A DNA stretch of 64,000 nt. It comes from Octopus bimaculoides. Its lineage: Eukaryota. Below, piece by piece: positions 12,314 to 25,255 of this stretch (position 1 is the first letter of the stretch; each line of letters opens with the position of its first letter). The DNA is taken from assembly GCF_001194135.2 (NCBI RefSeq), contig NC_068989.1, positions 32,475,096-32,539,095 of the forward strand, given 5' to 3'. A model generated the notes under the pieces. The model made no database searches, was not told the origin of the DNA, and saw only the letters and a program-made list of their open reading frames with translations. Made by a program: the position numbers and the translations under genes.

Positions 12314-13049
12314 AAAACAGAATGATTCTCCCCAGACACAATAAAATATGCTTCAACACATGAATTCACATAAAGAATCTTGCAAAGCAAATACAAAAAT
12401 GAAATTCATATATTGTTTATCTAAAAAGCCACTAGGTATCTTTGCCACCAAAGGACTATAACCATTTGAAATTTTAGATTGACATCGCATTTCAGTTATG
12501 TGAAGGCTTTTCCAGAAAACATAGAACTGGGAGAAAAGCAAAATTAACTGAGGTGGATGTCAACAGAGAAATATATTGACTTCCATAAAGTGGAAAAGAT
12601 AAATGGAAGAAAAAATGTTTGCAGACTGTCTTCATTGCAAAAGAGAAAAACTCTGAAAGAATATCAGGTCGAGACCTCATATATGTGTTTGTTTTGCAAA
12701 GCGCATACTTCATCTTGAAAAGTGGCAAAATTGTTGGTGGTTGACATCTAAGATAATTTTAGTAAAAAATCAAACAGTTAAGATGCATCAAGAATTTCAA
12801 TTTTAGTGTTTATCCATAATGTTATTGGTTTTACACCTGTTAATTAAATTTACCTACCCATAAGAGTCAAATTTTATCAGGAAGATCAGCTAAAATTACA
12901 TAACTATATAAATCACTGGTATATAAGCACCCACTAACGAAATTTCAAATCAGTATGTAAAAAATTAACGAAATTATAAGAATAATTCAAAATAATATGA
13001 ACAAATAAGAATTACATTTGACAGATTAATCTGAACACTAAAGGGTTAA

Positions 13050-13620
13050 GGCATTCATTTCTATAAGCATAATGTTTTATGAGTGGGAATGTTAACAAGT
13101 TTCTCTGTAGGAAGCTTTTTTTTTATTGTAATGTATAGCTTTAGAGTTGATATTCTGAAAAGTAAAGTAATGTACCAAGTCTAGGTTTGGTGTTGAATAG
13201 AAGCTACCAATAGTTGTGGAACTAATTGTAATGCTGTGAGAATCCACCCGGTAGTTCAGCAAAACTTCAATCATGTTGTTGTAGTTTGTTTCTTCTTGTA
13301 TCATTGTGTTGATTAGTAGCTGTCCTATACAACTGTGTACTTACTTCTTTCTTCTTCTTTGTTTAAGTGTTATATTGGTGGCCCAGTGATCCTATAAGAA
13401 TAGACTAAAGCGTCCGTGTACCATTTATATTTGATATCTGGTGGTAAGCTTTGACTTGGATAGTTTAACTGGGATTTTTTATTCCTTTGAATGAGAAGAG
13501 TTGACAACTATTTAGGTACATCCAACATATCTCTGATGTTCTTCCTTTTTGATGTTATCAAATTTTGATGATAAAAGACGGAATCTTTTAGTCTTTCCTT
13601 TTTAGAATCTGGGTTATATT
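13050..13620 (-). mobile_element. R4/Dong-type LINE remnant, RT region (continuation of 6800-8512)
   Basis: Decayed GI.QGDS.S.LLF-like motif near 13390-13430, on the same strand as and collinear with the C-terminal piece across piggyBac-2. Confidence 0.45.
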
Positions 13621-13711
13621 CATATGTACATAAGTATGTACATATGCATATTTGTTTACAGATACATCCATACATATGTATGTATATATCTGTGTATAAT
13701 TTATATATTCA

Positions 13712-14070
13712 TATGAATGGCTGTGTGGTTAAAAAGTTGAAATCACAATAATGTCTTGGGTTTGATTTCACTATTTAGTACTTCAGGCAAATGTCTTTTT
13801 CTTTGGTCTCAGGTTGTCTAATACTTTGAGTGAAATTAGAAGACAGAAACTGTATGGGAGTTTGTTGTGAGTGTATTACCATGTGTTTTTACATTCACAT
13901 CATTAAGCAGCATTCACATATATGCCCACCCCATAAACAACTTGTTCACCAGTGGTTTGGTGCGTAAAATTGTGGAGTAAAGTAACTGACTTAAAACAAG
14001 TGATAGTTAGCACCAGGAAGGACAGCTTTTCCCATGCTAGCATTGAAAAAGTGGGTGTAATGATGGTTAT
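13712..14070 (+). mobile_element. Old tRNA-derived (CORE-like) SINE
   Basis: Head TGGCTGTGTGGTTAA..GGTTTGATTTCAC, decayed GGCAAATGTCTT core and (ATT)n tail. Confidence 0.6.
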
Positions 14071-14149
14071 TAATATTATTATTATTATTATTATTTGAAG
14101 CCTTCTGTTGAAGGAAGAGGCTGGTTTTTAGCCAAGTAGCTCTATTGCT

Positions 14150-15990
14150 GCAGTTTTGATAACAACAATAAGTTTACATGTTGAATGTTTCGCACATTTT
14201 TATTGTTCTACTTAAAGATTGTAATTTGCAAATGTTATGTTGGCTGACCTCTTTCTTTGTTTGAAAATCTCAGATTTATGAGATTGCTTATAGTTATGAA
14301 TTATAAATGTGAATCTGGGTATGTTTCTAAGCAATTATAAAGATTCTCTTCCCTACTGATTTCAAAAGTAATGTTAACATAAAGGTAATTGATCTCTATG
14401 ACTGTGCATAATTTCTCCTTTTCAGTCTCAAACAATTGTGTCAAGCCTGTTATGGTTGTGTTTAGCATTTTGATGGGAAACCAATATTCCTTGTGTTGAT
14501 ATGTATGTAATATATTCAACAACAGATGTATTCGTAGGAAAGATTCCTAGGGCAATCTTTTCTATGTTGTTTCAGCAACACTATTATGCTTCTTTTAATA
14601 GTAATACCTTAATGACATTTTTGGTCATTTGCTAATAACTTTTCCAGAAATGTTACTTAATACACATTTTTGTTTCCATCTTTGGTGTTTAAGATCTTTA
14701 CTGTCACAGTTTGTCCATCAGGTATTTTGTAGCTTTCTTGTACTTTTAGATTGCAAAAGTATAACCTTTGCATGTGACACTACGTAATAGATTACTATTT
14801 CATTGGAATATTACACCACTATTCCTTGTTTTTAAAAGCAGTGAATACATTCTGGTTTTGTGTGCCTTTGGTATAACTGTCAAGGCAATCCTTGATAGCT
14901 TTGTAAATAGTCTTGGCAATAATGTCCTAACAATCTATTTTTCACATGGCATGATCAATATTTTCTGTCAAAACACGGAAGTTTGGAGACATTCCTATCT
15001 TTCTTCGTGATCAAGCATTTAATAGCTAGCTTCTGTTCCTAAACAACAAAGGTATGTCCATGTAGATGGGATGTGATGCGTCTATCATAGGTCCAGGAGA
15101 GGCTACTCTTTCTGTTAATGTTGTTGGTATCCTTCACCTACTTTCAAGATATTATTTTTCTTTATTGCATACTCATGATGTACTCATTTCTCCTTTTACT
15201 GTTCAATAGGTGTTGTCTTAGTGATATGATGGAGCACTCAAAGATCATTTGGATTGACCTTATGCTTAACATAGATCCTGTCAGTATCACAGTTCATATG
15301 GATGTTACCAGTTGGTGGTTAGTATCCTCTTAGTCTTTATGTCCAAGTTACGGATCTTTTCAAGTATCCAGTCTAGTATCCTAAGTGTTGCTTTTAACAA
15401 TGACACTGCAAAAGCCTTTTGAGATATGGTTTTATTGAATGTGGACAATTCTGACTGCTATATCTTCTAAAGTCTGCTGAGTATTCATTTGTCTTGCTAG
15501 CTTTACTTAAAGCACCATTGTACACAATGTTCTCATCAATTCTGAGATATTTGTAACATTCATCATTGGCATTTGTAATGTTGTTGTTCTTCATGATTAT
15601 AAATCCTTTGTCATCAGGGCTACACTACCAGGATAAACAAGATGCAAATAAATTGTCACACTGGACATTTATGTTCTCTTTGTGACTATAGTAATAGCTT
15701 CAGTTCTTATTGGTAGCTCTGTGAATCATATTGTAGTCAGTCTTTTAATGACACCAATTACAGGATCTTTACAAAGTACAATGACTCTAGTATCCATGAG
15801 TGAGGTACAACCAAGCACCTTGTGGTCTAGCTTTAAAGTATTTAAGTACAACTTTATTGATGAGAGGCAATCCAAAACTTGGCTTTTCTCCAAACTGTTT
15901 GTTTCACAGTGATTTTAAAGAAACACATTCAAGCAACCTGTATAGAGTTCATATATACCTTCCAAGCATGTTATGGGCCTGTAGTTCACA
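14150..15990 (-). mobile_element. Second R4/Dong-type LINE remnant (RT to RLE)
   Basis: DECYKYLRIDENIVYNGALSK..EY matches the ETYKYLG.DENI.Y.G..K..EY thumb motif. KLCTVIEI..YVNI..E..NLY resembles the RLE domain. Confidence 0.6.
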
Positions 15991-16949
15991 ACCACTTTAT
16001 TGAATTTTAAGCATGAGCAATACGTTCTTAACATAATAGCATCTCCCTACTCAAGTAAAAGCATTAGTGAGCTCCCTATATATATATACACAATCACAAA
16101 TGTGTGTGTTTATATTATGGAAAAAGAATTTGAAGTTCTACAAAGCCCAAAAATATGGGGAAAAATTCTGTTCTGCTTCAACTTCTGTTCTGTTTCAACA
16201 CTGGGTGCTTTCATCAGTAGGAATCTTTTATCTGCTGTTTAAAATAACTTTACCCAATTGAAGGTACATCAGATTTTTATATTAGGTTGTCTAAATATGG
16301 AAACAAAACTTTCTCTACAACTTGGTCTGTCTCTCTAGGACAGTTACCAAAATGTAATGACCTATCTAATGTTCACCTACTGTACAGAGACCATTTTTTA
16401 AATATTTCCAGAGCCCACCTATTCACTCATCATAGGGATGAAAATGTAAATATTTGGTGAAATTAAGATTTGGTACTTCCATCAAGATCAGTGGTTAAAC
16501 ATTTAAAAAAAAAAAAAAAAAAAAAAAAATGTCAAAAACATACTTTGCAGCAAATATTACCCAAGCACAACTTTTTGAACACTATAACATGTAACTTGCA
16601 AAACAAATTTCAGCATATATGTGAAAAGACATTCAGTTTGCACACCATACAGTGAGATGGTACAGTGTGGTGAATTGCCTACAGCAGCAACCCACACAAG
16701 AATAACCACAGCAGCCAGCAAAACTCACTCATGTTGGCTTCTATCTCACCAATTGATAGTGGCTCTACTGATCTTTCTTCTCCACCCATTTTCAACCACT
16801 GTCACTTCAGCAGCAGCAATAGTAGCTGCTACTACTGTTTCTACTGCTGTTGCCATTATTAGTGTCTTGCAGTTTTTAGAAGTCCCATTCTTTTCTTTCT
16901 TTTGATGATAGGTGTATCTTGTTCCTGTTCTAATGTAGTTCTCTTTTAT

Positions 16950-17580
16950 GATATAGAAGGTCCCCTGCTTCATTTTTTAAATTTATTTATTTGGTGGTAT
17001 GTGCACCATGTTGCCTGGTTTTACCACCACCATCTGATACTAGGGTACCATTTGCAGCTTTTGCAAGCATTTGGACCAGGTTTCCAGCTTAGATATTTTC
17101 ATGTCAATTCATGCACCATCCTATGATGGCCAATTTTCCAACTCTTCTCAGACATCCAAAGACTTCTGTCTAACCTAGATCCCACTTATCATCTCTCATT
17201 AACATACAAACCAAACATCCTATTTTTTTTCTGGGCCACAAATTTCTCAACCCCTATCTACAACTCATCTCTGTTATCTAGGCTTCACTCTCTTTTCAAA
17301 TTTTACTTCAAAAGGTATGACCTTTGCATATGCAGATTCCACTTTCACTGTGTTTCACCTCTCCCATCTGGATTTCAGCAATGACTTTTGGCTCAAAGAT
17401 CTCCAAATACATTCACTCCCTTTATTGCTCCTTTATTTTCTCAAACCACCAGTAACTTGTTGACCCTATCTACTCCTGCATTGAAAACTTCTACCATACC
17501 TCTCTTTTTCCCCCAAATCATTTCCTTTGCTCACAACTCATCATAGCTCTCACACTCATCCCACACCAATACCACTAGTG
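16950..17580 (-). mobile_element. RTE-type LINE 3' remnant, heavily decayed
   Basis: Translation resembles ELR.RIGV..I..NR..FG..MR..G..GRGRP..W..DM. Confidence 0.4.
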
Positions 17581-17611
17581 CAAAACTAAATTCTTTACTT
17601 TTCAACTCTTG

Positions 17612-17720
17612 TGAAGGTGTGTGGCCTAGTGATTAGGATGCTGCACTCATGATTGTCAGACCACAGGTTTGATTCCTGGACTGGATGGTGTATTGTGTTC
17701 TTGAGCAAAACACCTCACAT
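17612..17720 (+). mobile_element. tRNA-like SINE head
   Basis: A-box TGGCCTAGTGA and B-box GGTTTGATTCC. Confidence 0.55.
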
Positions 17721-19339
17721 TGGTCTCGTGCTGTGTGGGAACTAGCATGTCAAAAAATAGATCCTCTGCATATCATAAAAGATTTGAGTTTTTGGCACAT
17801 TTCTAGTAGGTTTAGAACAAAATAAACCCAGAGGTTTTGGAATGTGATATTATTTCAATAAGATTTTAATGGACTATTAAAAATGGCAAGTTTTGGATCA
17901 GGATGGCCACATAAGTTGGATTTTCTCTTTTTTACAGGGATTTTTCCAATTTTATCTTTACTACAGTCTTGGAAATGATGGGGGGAAGCTTTTAATGAAA
18001 AAAAAAAAAAAAAAAATGATGAAAAATTTATGATTTTTTTTTTTTACCTATCTCCCCCTCACCCCCATCCAAACCCATTTTGGCCTTTTTTTTTTTTTTG
18101 CACTATGCCCTGAAAAACAATGCAAGAAACCTTTTTAGTTAAAAAAAAAAAATCAAACGAAAATGTGTATAATTTCAGGAAGATTTAGCTGTTGTTTCTA
18201 GTACATCACACAACCACCTGGTATCTTTCTCAGAATTTCATATTGCCCTAGATTAAAAAATAAACAAAATGTGGAAACCTTACTTTAGCATTAAAGACAA
18301 GAATTAAAGGCATTGAAAGCATAGATAACTTAGAACAAACTCTTAGAAGAGAAAAAAAAAGAAGCCCCAAATGAATATGTAAACACTACCTCAAATTATC
18401 TGACTGTATTTGTGATTGTAAAAAAGAAACATCACATCAGACTTTAATAGTTTGCAAAGTAATATTCATCGTGCAATATGATTTTTATTGGTGATATTTG
18501 ACCAATATTTCTCAAAGGAAAATGAAATTTTCACATACAAGTATATCCGCTAAGTAAAATTTTGACATAGCATTCCTTATATTAAAACAGCAAGAGGAAA
18601 TAACATTCTCAATATGACAATTCCATGTTGATTTGGAGTTCTGAAAGACATATGTGGCTCAATTTAGTGCATTTTTTGGTGTAGAAATATGTTTACTTAG
18701 TAATTAATTCGTCCATTTCTTGAAATTCTAGCACAAACTTGATATTTGAAGCCTTGGATTCATGTTCCATTTTACTTCTCACCATGCAGGAATGTCAGTT
18801 TGACAAGTAGTGTTACAGTACCACCTTCTTTATTGACTTTGTGCTTATACGCTATGTCCTGGCCAGATTCAGTAATGACCATATTGAATTCATGTGAAAT
18901 TTTTCTTTCTTATGGTATGGAAATCTTGAAGGAAGTATATTCTTTTCTAAGTGAAAATTAATGATAAAATTTTTACTTCTATATTTCATAATGATTATCT
19001 GACCTATGCCTATTGATTTTTATATCAAAATAAAGCAAAAGACAGTCCTTTTCATGACTATGATTTTCATCACAAATTTAGTTGTAGTGCTCCAGCACAT
19101 TGTATTAGAATGAGGGTTACCATTCAGCAGTCAAAAAAGAAATAAAAAAACGGGACAAACTTTGTGAATGGGATACCAGGGTGATTCAGGGACCCTGGCA
19201 CGATATGTAAGTCTCAGATTTTGATTGAAACTATGTGAAGAAAGTTCACATCCAGAACTTCCAAATGATATTTAATTTTCTATGGAAAAAATGTATTTTC
19301 ACATGAAAATGATAAAGCAAAATGTGTGTTTTTGCATGG

Positions 19340-19750
19340 CCAAACTACTTGTCTCTTTTTTTAACGCACTCTATTGTGATACCTAATCCTAGATCAAATC
19401 TAGAGATGGGTCACTCAACTGATTGGCATTCAATCATGAAGACAGGCTTCTGGCCCTGGCTCTATAATGATCTCTGTCTCTTAGAGATGCATTGTGCTCC
19501 AGTGCCTGCTTTGGTGTGGTTTCTATGGCTGGGTGCCCTTCCTAATACCAGACACTGCACAGAGCATACTAGGTGCTTTTTCTCATGGTACCAGCACTAG
19601 TGGTGTCATAATGTGGTTCATAAGACTAAAATCCTCTGGAACTCTAGCAGAGAAGGAAGCAGTTTTATGTTAAACAATGAGAGGTTAAAATATGTGAGAC
19701 AAGACCAAAACAGAACAGGTTTCTTGCCGTAGAGGAGCTACATAGCTACT
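19340..19750 (-). mobile_element. SINE/LINE 3' tail remnant (OR-like)
   Basis: GCTGGGTGCCCTTCCTAATACCA core shared with the other copies. Confidence 0.55.
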
Positions 19751-19990
19751 CGCATTATACAGCATGCATGGGCAACCTGCTGTCCTTGACATGTTGTGCC
19801 ACCCTCGATGAGTTTCTAGGTTACTAATTTTACAAGCAAAAAATTTTCTCAAATTTTCCAATTATTAACCTTATTGTCTCTCACCTCTTAAACTTGCACT
19901 TCTATTTTGCATTTAATTTCATCATCCCTTCTTCCTTATCTCTCTCTCTTTTGCTGTACAGTGTACATGATATTCTCTCCGTTTTAAAGC

Positions 19991-20026
<36 letters not shown>

Positions 20027-21285
20027 TGAAGTATGACATCAGAAATATTTTTCTCATCTCTGCCTATCTCTCCCATATTTTTAGTGCAAGCAATAAGCAG
20101 TGTGTGTAGGTACATGTGTATGCAAAATTTTACAAACCTTAATTTTTTTTACAGTAGTTTTTACTCCAATGCATCTCATTAGTCCATGTGTTTGCCTTCC
20201 ATTTTACTTTTCTATCTTAAGTATTTTAATATCACAACAATCATTGGTTCAAAGAGTAATAATAGTAGTAATTTTTTTTTGTTATCAGTTGATTCTCACT
20301 TTCTTGAATTCTTAACATTCTTAATCCAGTTTTAGATTTTATCTTTCATTACAATTTCAATTTGATATTTCTTGAAAGTTTGCCAATATCACTTGCGAAA
20401 GCTATTTGATTTTTCAGCTTTTTTGAAGAAAGTTTTTATGATTGTTTCTTTCATAAGTAGTATTTAATTTTTCTCTTGAATTTTGATAAAGAAAAATAGA
20501 ATTTTAACCTGTTTAAGCTTTTTTTAAGAGCTTCAGCTTTTGATTTTATTTGGATTTTAACTCCAAAATCTTGAAATTATTTAGAAGAATATTTGCCATT
20601 GGTTTCTTTTTTCTCAAATGGAGTATTTGATCGTAAATTAATTTAGTTTTTTTACTACTACAACTGATGATTAATTTGAAATGATTTTTTCCCAATGAAT
20701 TTTTTTGATTATGCTGAAAAAGTATAATTTCAACTATGATTTTCTATGAACTTTAATTTGTTTATTTAAAATTTAAAGAATAAGGATTAAGTTTTTATTT
20801 CACCTATTCAAAGTAGGTATGTGGGTAAATTTGAATTTTCTTTTTAAGAGCTGTCTTTCCTACATATTTTTTTCAGTTTCTCACTAGTATTTTAATCTAT
20901 GAACTTCAAAATTTTATTTATTTTAAATTCAAATTACGATGAACGTAAACAAACAAACGAAGTTTGCTTTAGAAGCGATGAGATGTCTTCTTTTCTTTAA
21001 ATTACTTGAGAATTTATTTATTTTATTTTGTTTGAAAAGACGTTGATTTTCTTTTTTAGAAAAAATTAATTTAGATTAATTTTCTTATTCAATTTACTTT
21101 CAAATTTTCCAAAGTCCTGATTGATTTTTGAATACTTCATTTTGGTTGAAATTCGGTAGATCCTGTTCACATTCAGATTGTTCCTTACTCTCAAATTTGA
21201 TTTTCAATTTGAAGTTGTTCTGAAAGACTTATCTTCTTTTCCACACAGTCAAAAATCCAACCTTTGGAATATCCAAATCCCAAAT

Positions 21286-23319
21286 ATGTTGAAGAAAAAA
21301 AGGAAGTTAGATGAAGGTCATGTGTTTCAAGATAAGTGGATGGCAGATTATTTTTTTGTATTATGGAATGAGAAACCAGTGTGTCTCATTTGTTGAGAGT
21401 CTATTACTATTCTGAAGGAATATAATTTGAAAAGACACAACTGTATAAAACATTCCCAGTATCACAATCTTATTGGTCGGGCAAGGGAAGGAAATGTTGA
21501 AAAATTGAGAAAATCCTTAATAGGACAACAGACATTTTCTGTCAAGAAACAGAACAAGAGTAATAATATTGTCTAAGCTAGTTACATTATTGCTGAAAAA
21601 ATTGTTAAACATTCAACGAACTACAGTGATGGAGAATTTGGAAAAGAATGTTTACTCGTATCTGAAATTGTGTGTCCAGAAAAAAAGAGAGACTTTTAAA
21701 ATATTAGTCCATTTCGCAGAACTGTGACAAGGTGTATTGAAGAATTGGGATCTGATGTAGAATCAAGCTGTGCTCAAAATTTGAAACTTTTTCTTTAGTC
21801 ACAGACAAGAGTACTGATGTGACAGACATAGCCCAGCTTGTAGTGTTTGTGTTTTGTGTTGACTCTGATTTTAATATTACTGAAGAGATGCTTGGACTGC
21901 ATGCCATGAAAGGTACTACAATCGAGGACATTTTTCAGGAAGTGAAAATCTTATGAAAAATCCAATCTTTCCATTGAAAAGCTTAGATGGCACACCTGTC
22001 ATGGTTGGAAGTAAAAATGGGTTCATTTCAAAACTAAAAGCAGAGATTTCAATGTACAAGGAACCTGGCAGCATCAATACATTTTACTGTAGGATTCATC
22101 AGCAGAATTTATATGCAAAATCTATGAAGTTTTCAAATGTCATGTGCATTGTTGTGCCATGTGTCAACATCATAAAGTCAAGAGCCCTAAATCTGCTTGT
22201 CCATGTTGTGCCAAGGTTGGAAAGTGGAAAAAATTTCCATCTCTTAGTTGCCTGTCCCAAAGCTGAAGTTTGGTTTGAAACACCTTGACATGTTTATACA
22301 TATCATGAACAAGATGACCTCTACCCTGCAATTTCAAATTTAGTTACTTTAAATAGGATGCAAGGTTCACAAGGAAAGCTAAATCATGAACCCAGTCTTC
22401 ATTTTGAAATTCCGAGGCAAACTTTCATTTCATATCCATGAAAGCAAAAATTTCTTCTCTGAGCACATAGAATTGGTTCAGCATCCTACCCTTACTTATA
22501 CAGCATGCCTCACAATAATAGGCAAGGGTACCATACTCTGCATCAATATTTTTAATTTAAAAAATTCTTAAAAGATATTACTGCAGAGTATGGTACCCTT
22601 TCCTATTATTGTGAGGTATGACGGATAAGTAAGGGTAGGATACTGAAGCAATTTTATGTGCTCAGAAAAGAAATTTTTGCTTTCATGGATATGAAACGAA
22701 AGTTTGCTTCAGAACTTCAAAATGAAGACTGGGTTCATGATTTAGCTTTCCTTGTGAACCTTACATCCTATTTAAATGGACTAAATTTGAAATTGTAGGG
22801 TAGAGGTCATCTTGTTCATGATATGTATAAACATGTCAAGGTGTTTCAAACCAAACTTCAGCTTTGGGAGAGGCAGCTAAGAAACGGAAATGTTTTCCAC
22901 TTTCCAACCTTAGCACAACATGGACAAGCAGATTCCTCTACCTTTGCATATGAATTCGATTCATTCAAGAAGGAATTCTCTGGCAGATTTTAAGACTTTA
23001 ATCGTCAGTTTCTTATTTCACAATTGTTTCTTCTCTATTTGAAGTAGATGTTGCCTCTGTTCCTGAAATTCTTCAAATGGAATTATTTGAGCTCCAAGGA
23101 AGTAACAATCTCCATCTCAAATTCAAAGAGACATCTCTATTGGAGTTTTATAAGTCTTTGCCAAGGGAAGATTATCTCCAGATTTAAAAAAAAGTAATTT
23201 TATTTCTATTTTTGGAAGTACTTATCTATGTGAGTAACTATTTTCAAGAATGAAACACGTTAAATCTAAAACTAAGTCAAGACTCACTAATGAGCATTTG
23301 CAGCATAACCTAAGAGTGN
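21286..23319 (+). pseudogene. hAT transposase pseudogene, GTF2IRD2/SPIN-like
   Basis: FQDKW..YFF..KPVCLIC..KEYNLKRH; SY.IAEKI..DGEF.KEC; DKSTDVTDIAQL; DGTPVMVG; CRIHQQNL; EYG..YYCEV..SKG; DLAFLV; FGSTYLCE.LFSRMK..KSRLTNEHL. Confidence 0.92.
22190..22934. repeat. ~745-bp fold-back palindrome (arms of ~370 bp) inside the hAT transposase
   Basis: 22190-22558 is the reverse complement of 22559-22934 with scattered substitutions. Centre near TTTAAA at 22556-22561. Confidence 0.95.
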
Positions 23320-23779
23320 NNNNNNNNNGAATGTGCAGAAATCTCATTGATACATATAATGAAATTTGTTCTTTAATAAAATATCAATGAATTTTTTTTT
23401 TTTTTTACCTCAATATTTTAAACTATAATATATTTACACTAGTAATCATCATTAAGAAATAAAGAGATGCCAGCTTAATGTAAACTTTCATACTAAGACA
23501 AATAAAATTAAGAACTGCAAAAAATTCAGTGTAAAGTGGGAAAGTAATATTTCATGTATAAGTGTTTTATCGTGTGGCCCTCTCCCACTTGGAAATGGTA
23601 CAATGTGGCTCCTAGTTGACAAAAAATTGCCCATCCCTGTTATACAGAATGGCCCAAAGTCACAGAGATCTCTAGAAGTTTAATAAATTTGCTTTAATTA
23701 CATTTTTTATTATTATTTATAATTCATAAAATGTGACTCTTCACTCCTAATGTACATTTATTTCCTGTATTTTTTTATT

Positions 23780-24175
23780 CTTCTACTTGTTTCAATCATT
23801 TGACTGTGGCCATGCTGGAGTACTTCCTCTAGTCGAACAAATCAACCCCAAGACTTATTCTTTTAAGCCTGGTACTTATTCTATTAGTTCCTTTTGCCGA
23901 ACCGCTAAGCTACAGGGATGTAAACACACCAATATCGGATGCCAAGCAATAGTGGGGAGACATAAATGCATATGTGGCACATAAAAAGCATCATTTGAGT
24001 ATGGCTGATGCCAGTGCTGCCTGACTGGCTCCCGTGCCGGTGGCATGCAAAAAGCACTCACAACGCTCTAGGAGTGGTTGGCGTTAGGAAAGGCATCCAG
24101 CTATAGAAGCCTTGCCAAACCAGATTGGAGCTTCACGCAGCCTCCTGGCTTGCCAGCCCTCAGTTTAACAGCAGT
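23780..24175. mobile_element. Two adjacent SINE fragments (minus-strand 3' tail 23780-23975; plus-strand OR-like 23975-24175)
   Basis: CATTTGACTGTGGCCATGCTGGAG tail shared with 42.97 kb. GTTAGGAAAGGCATCCAGCTATAG core. Confidence 0.8.
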
Positions 24176-24416
24176 GATGACACACACACGCACGCACGCA
24201 CGCGCGCGCGCGCCAGCCCAGCGAATATCTGTAAAAGTAGAGTCAGCATATCCAGCAGTAATGTGGGTGGAGTGCTGGTATGTGGATGAGGGGAGGTGCG
24301 GAAAGTTCAGGAAGTAGTTAAGATATGTAAGTCCAAAGAGTAGGATGTTAAGTAAGTCCAAAAAGTAGGATGTTAAAGCAGGGTAAAACTGAAGTGGAGG
24401 TGGTCATCCGGACTCC

Positions 24417-24683
24417 CACCTTCATCGTGAACAGGAATTAATCTTATCTCTTCGCTCCTTTCTGCCATATGGGCTCAACTCTCATCCTCTCCTCTCTTCA
24501 TCTGACATCTACTTCCTCTCATCACACCTATCACCTCTTCATTGATACCACCACCACACCCCCGCATCTCCCCTCACACCACCCCACATCGCTCCACACT
24601 GACCACTTCCCAGCACCCACACCACACCATCATCCACACATGTTACGCACACATCCACATATGTCAAAGTCACTAGCCCCTAT

Positions 24684-24727
<44 letters not shown>

Positions 24728-24749
24728 GCATTCTCTCATACACACGCAT

Positions 24750-24782
<33 letters not shown>

Positions 24783-25075
24783 TTCTCTCATACACACATT
24801 CTCTCACACACACACATGCACCTTTGTTTTGGGATCACCAATACTTTATTATCTCCCCTTCTTTCTACCTCTTCTGTCAAACTTTTTTCTCTATCAGTTG
24901 CCATGCTTGACTGCTAAATCCACAAGTTTTTTTAAAATTCTCTCTCTGTTTATTTTCTCTTATTCCTTTCTGTTGAAGAGCTTAGGCTTGAAACGTAAAA
25001 GACTTTTTCACTTTTCTCAGCATCAAACTAATACACCTGCTTGTTCATACACCTGTCTTTGTCTTTTGTTTTTCT
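24417..25075 (+). mobile_element. Penelope-like element 3' end: endonuclease C-terminus plus 3' UTR/pLTR
   Basis: HLHREQELILSLRSFLPYGLN (24417-24479) matches the PLE R..EQ.LI..L.T..P.GLN terminus. It is followed by pyrimidine/CA-rich sequence and a hammerhead fold. Confidence 0.7.
24966..25001 (+). ncRNA. Minimal hammerhead ribozyme, variant core CUGUUGA
   Basis: Stem I CTTT/AAAG; core CTGTTGA(A) at 24970-24977; stem II GAGC-ttag-GCTT; GAAA at 24990-24993; minimal stem III ACGT; GUA site. Confidence 0.6.
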
Positions 25076-25094
25076 ATAAATTTCAGCATATATA

Positions 25095-25255
25095 TACACT
25101 TCTTTCAGTTTCTGTCTACCAAATCCACTTACAAGGCTTTGGTCGGACTGAGGCTATAGTAGAAGACACTTGCCCAAGGTGCCATGCAGTGGGACTTAAC
25201 CCGGTGCCATGTGGTTGGGAAGCAAGCTTCTTACCACACAGCCACTCCTATGCCT
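25095..25255 (-). mobile_element. tRNA-derived CORE-like SINE
   Basis: Reverse complement TGGCTGTGTGGTAAGAAGCTTGCTT..GGCACCTTGGGCAAGTGTCTTCTACTATAGCC. Near-identical to 43.2 kb. Confidence 0.85.

Larger units (their letters stand above)
8517..13045 (+). mobile_element. Second piggyBac family element, internally deleted and interrupted by a Gypsy element
   Basis: Perfect 15-bp TIRs CCCTTTAGTGTTCAG (8517-8531) / CTGAACACTAAAGGG (13031-13045), flanked by CTAA and TTAA. 5' part encodes MASASSNSNFEGF..SDESD and QYLHLIDS..DPLYKVRPVID. 3' part (12314-12720) encodes a Cys-rich C-terminal domain. Confidence 0.88.
19763..23639 (+). mobile_element. hAT DNA transposon (SPIN/GTF2IRD2-like), full-length and decayed
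   Basis: 8-bp TSD TTATACAG at 19755-19762 and 23640-23647. TIRs CATGCATGGGCAA / TTGCCCATCCCTG (11/13 match). Transposase inside. Confidence 0.88.

Noticed and set aside
14100-14145. CTGTTGAAG..GGCT/AGCC hammerhead-like motif
   Set aside because: The GAAA core is absent and stem I is not convincing.
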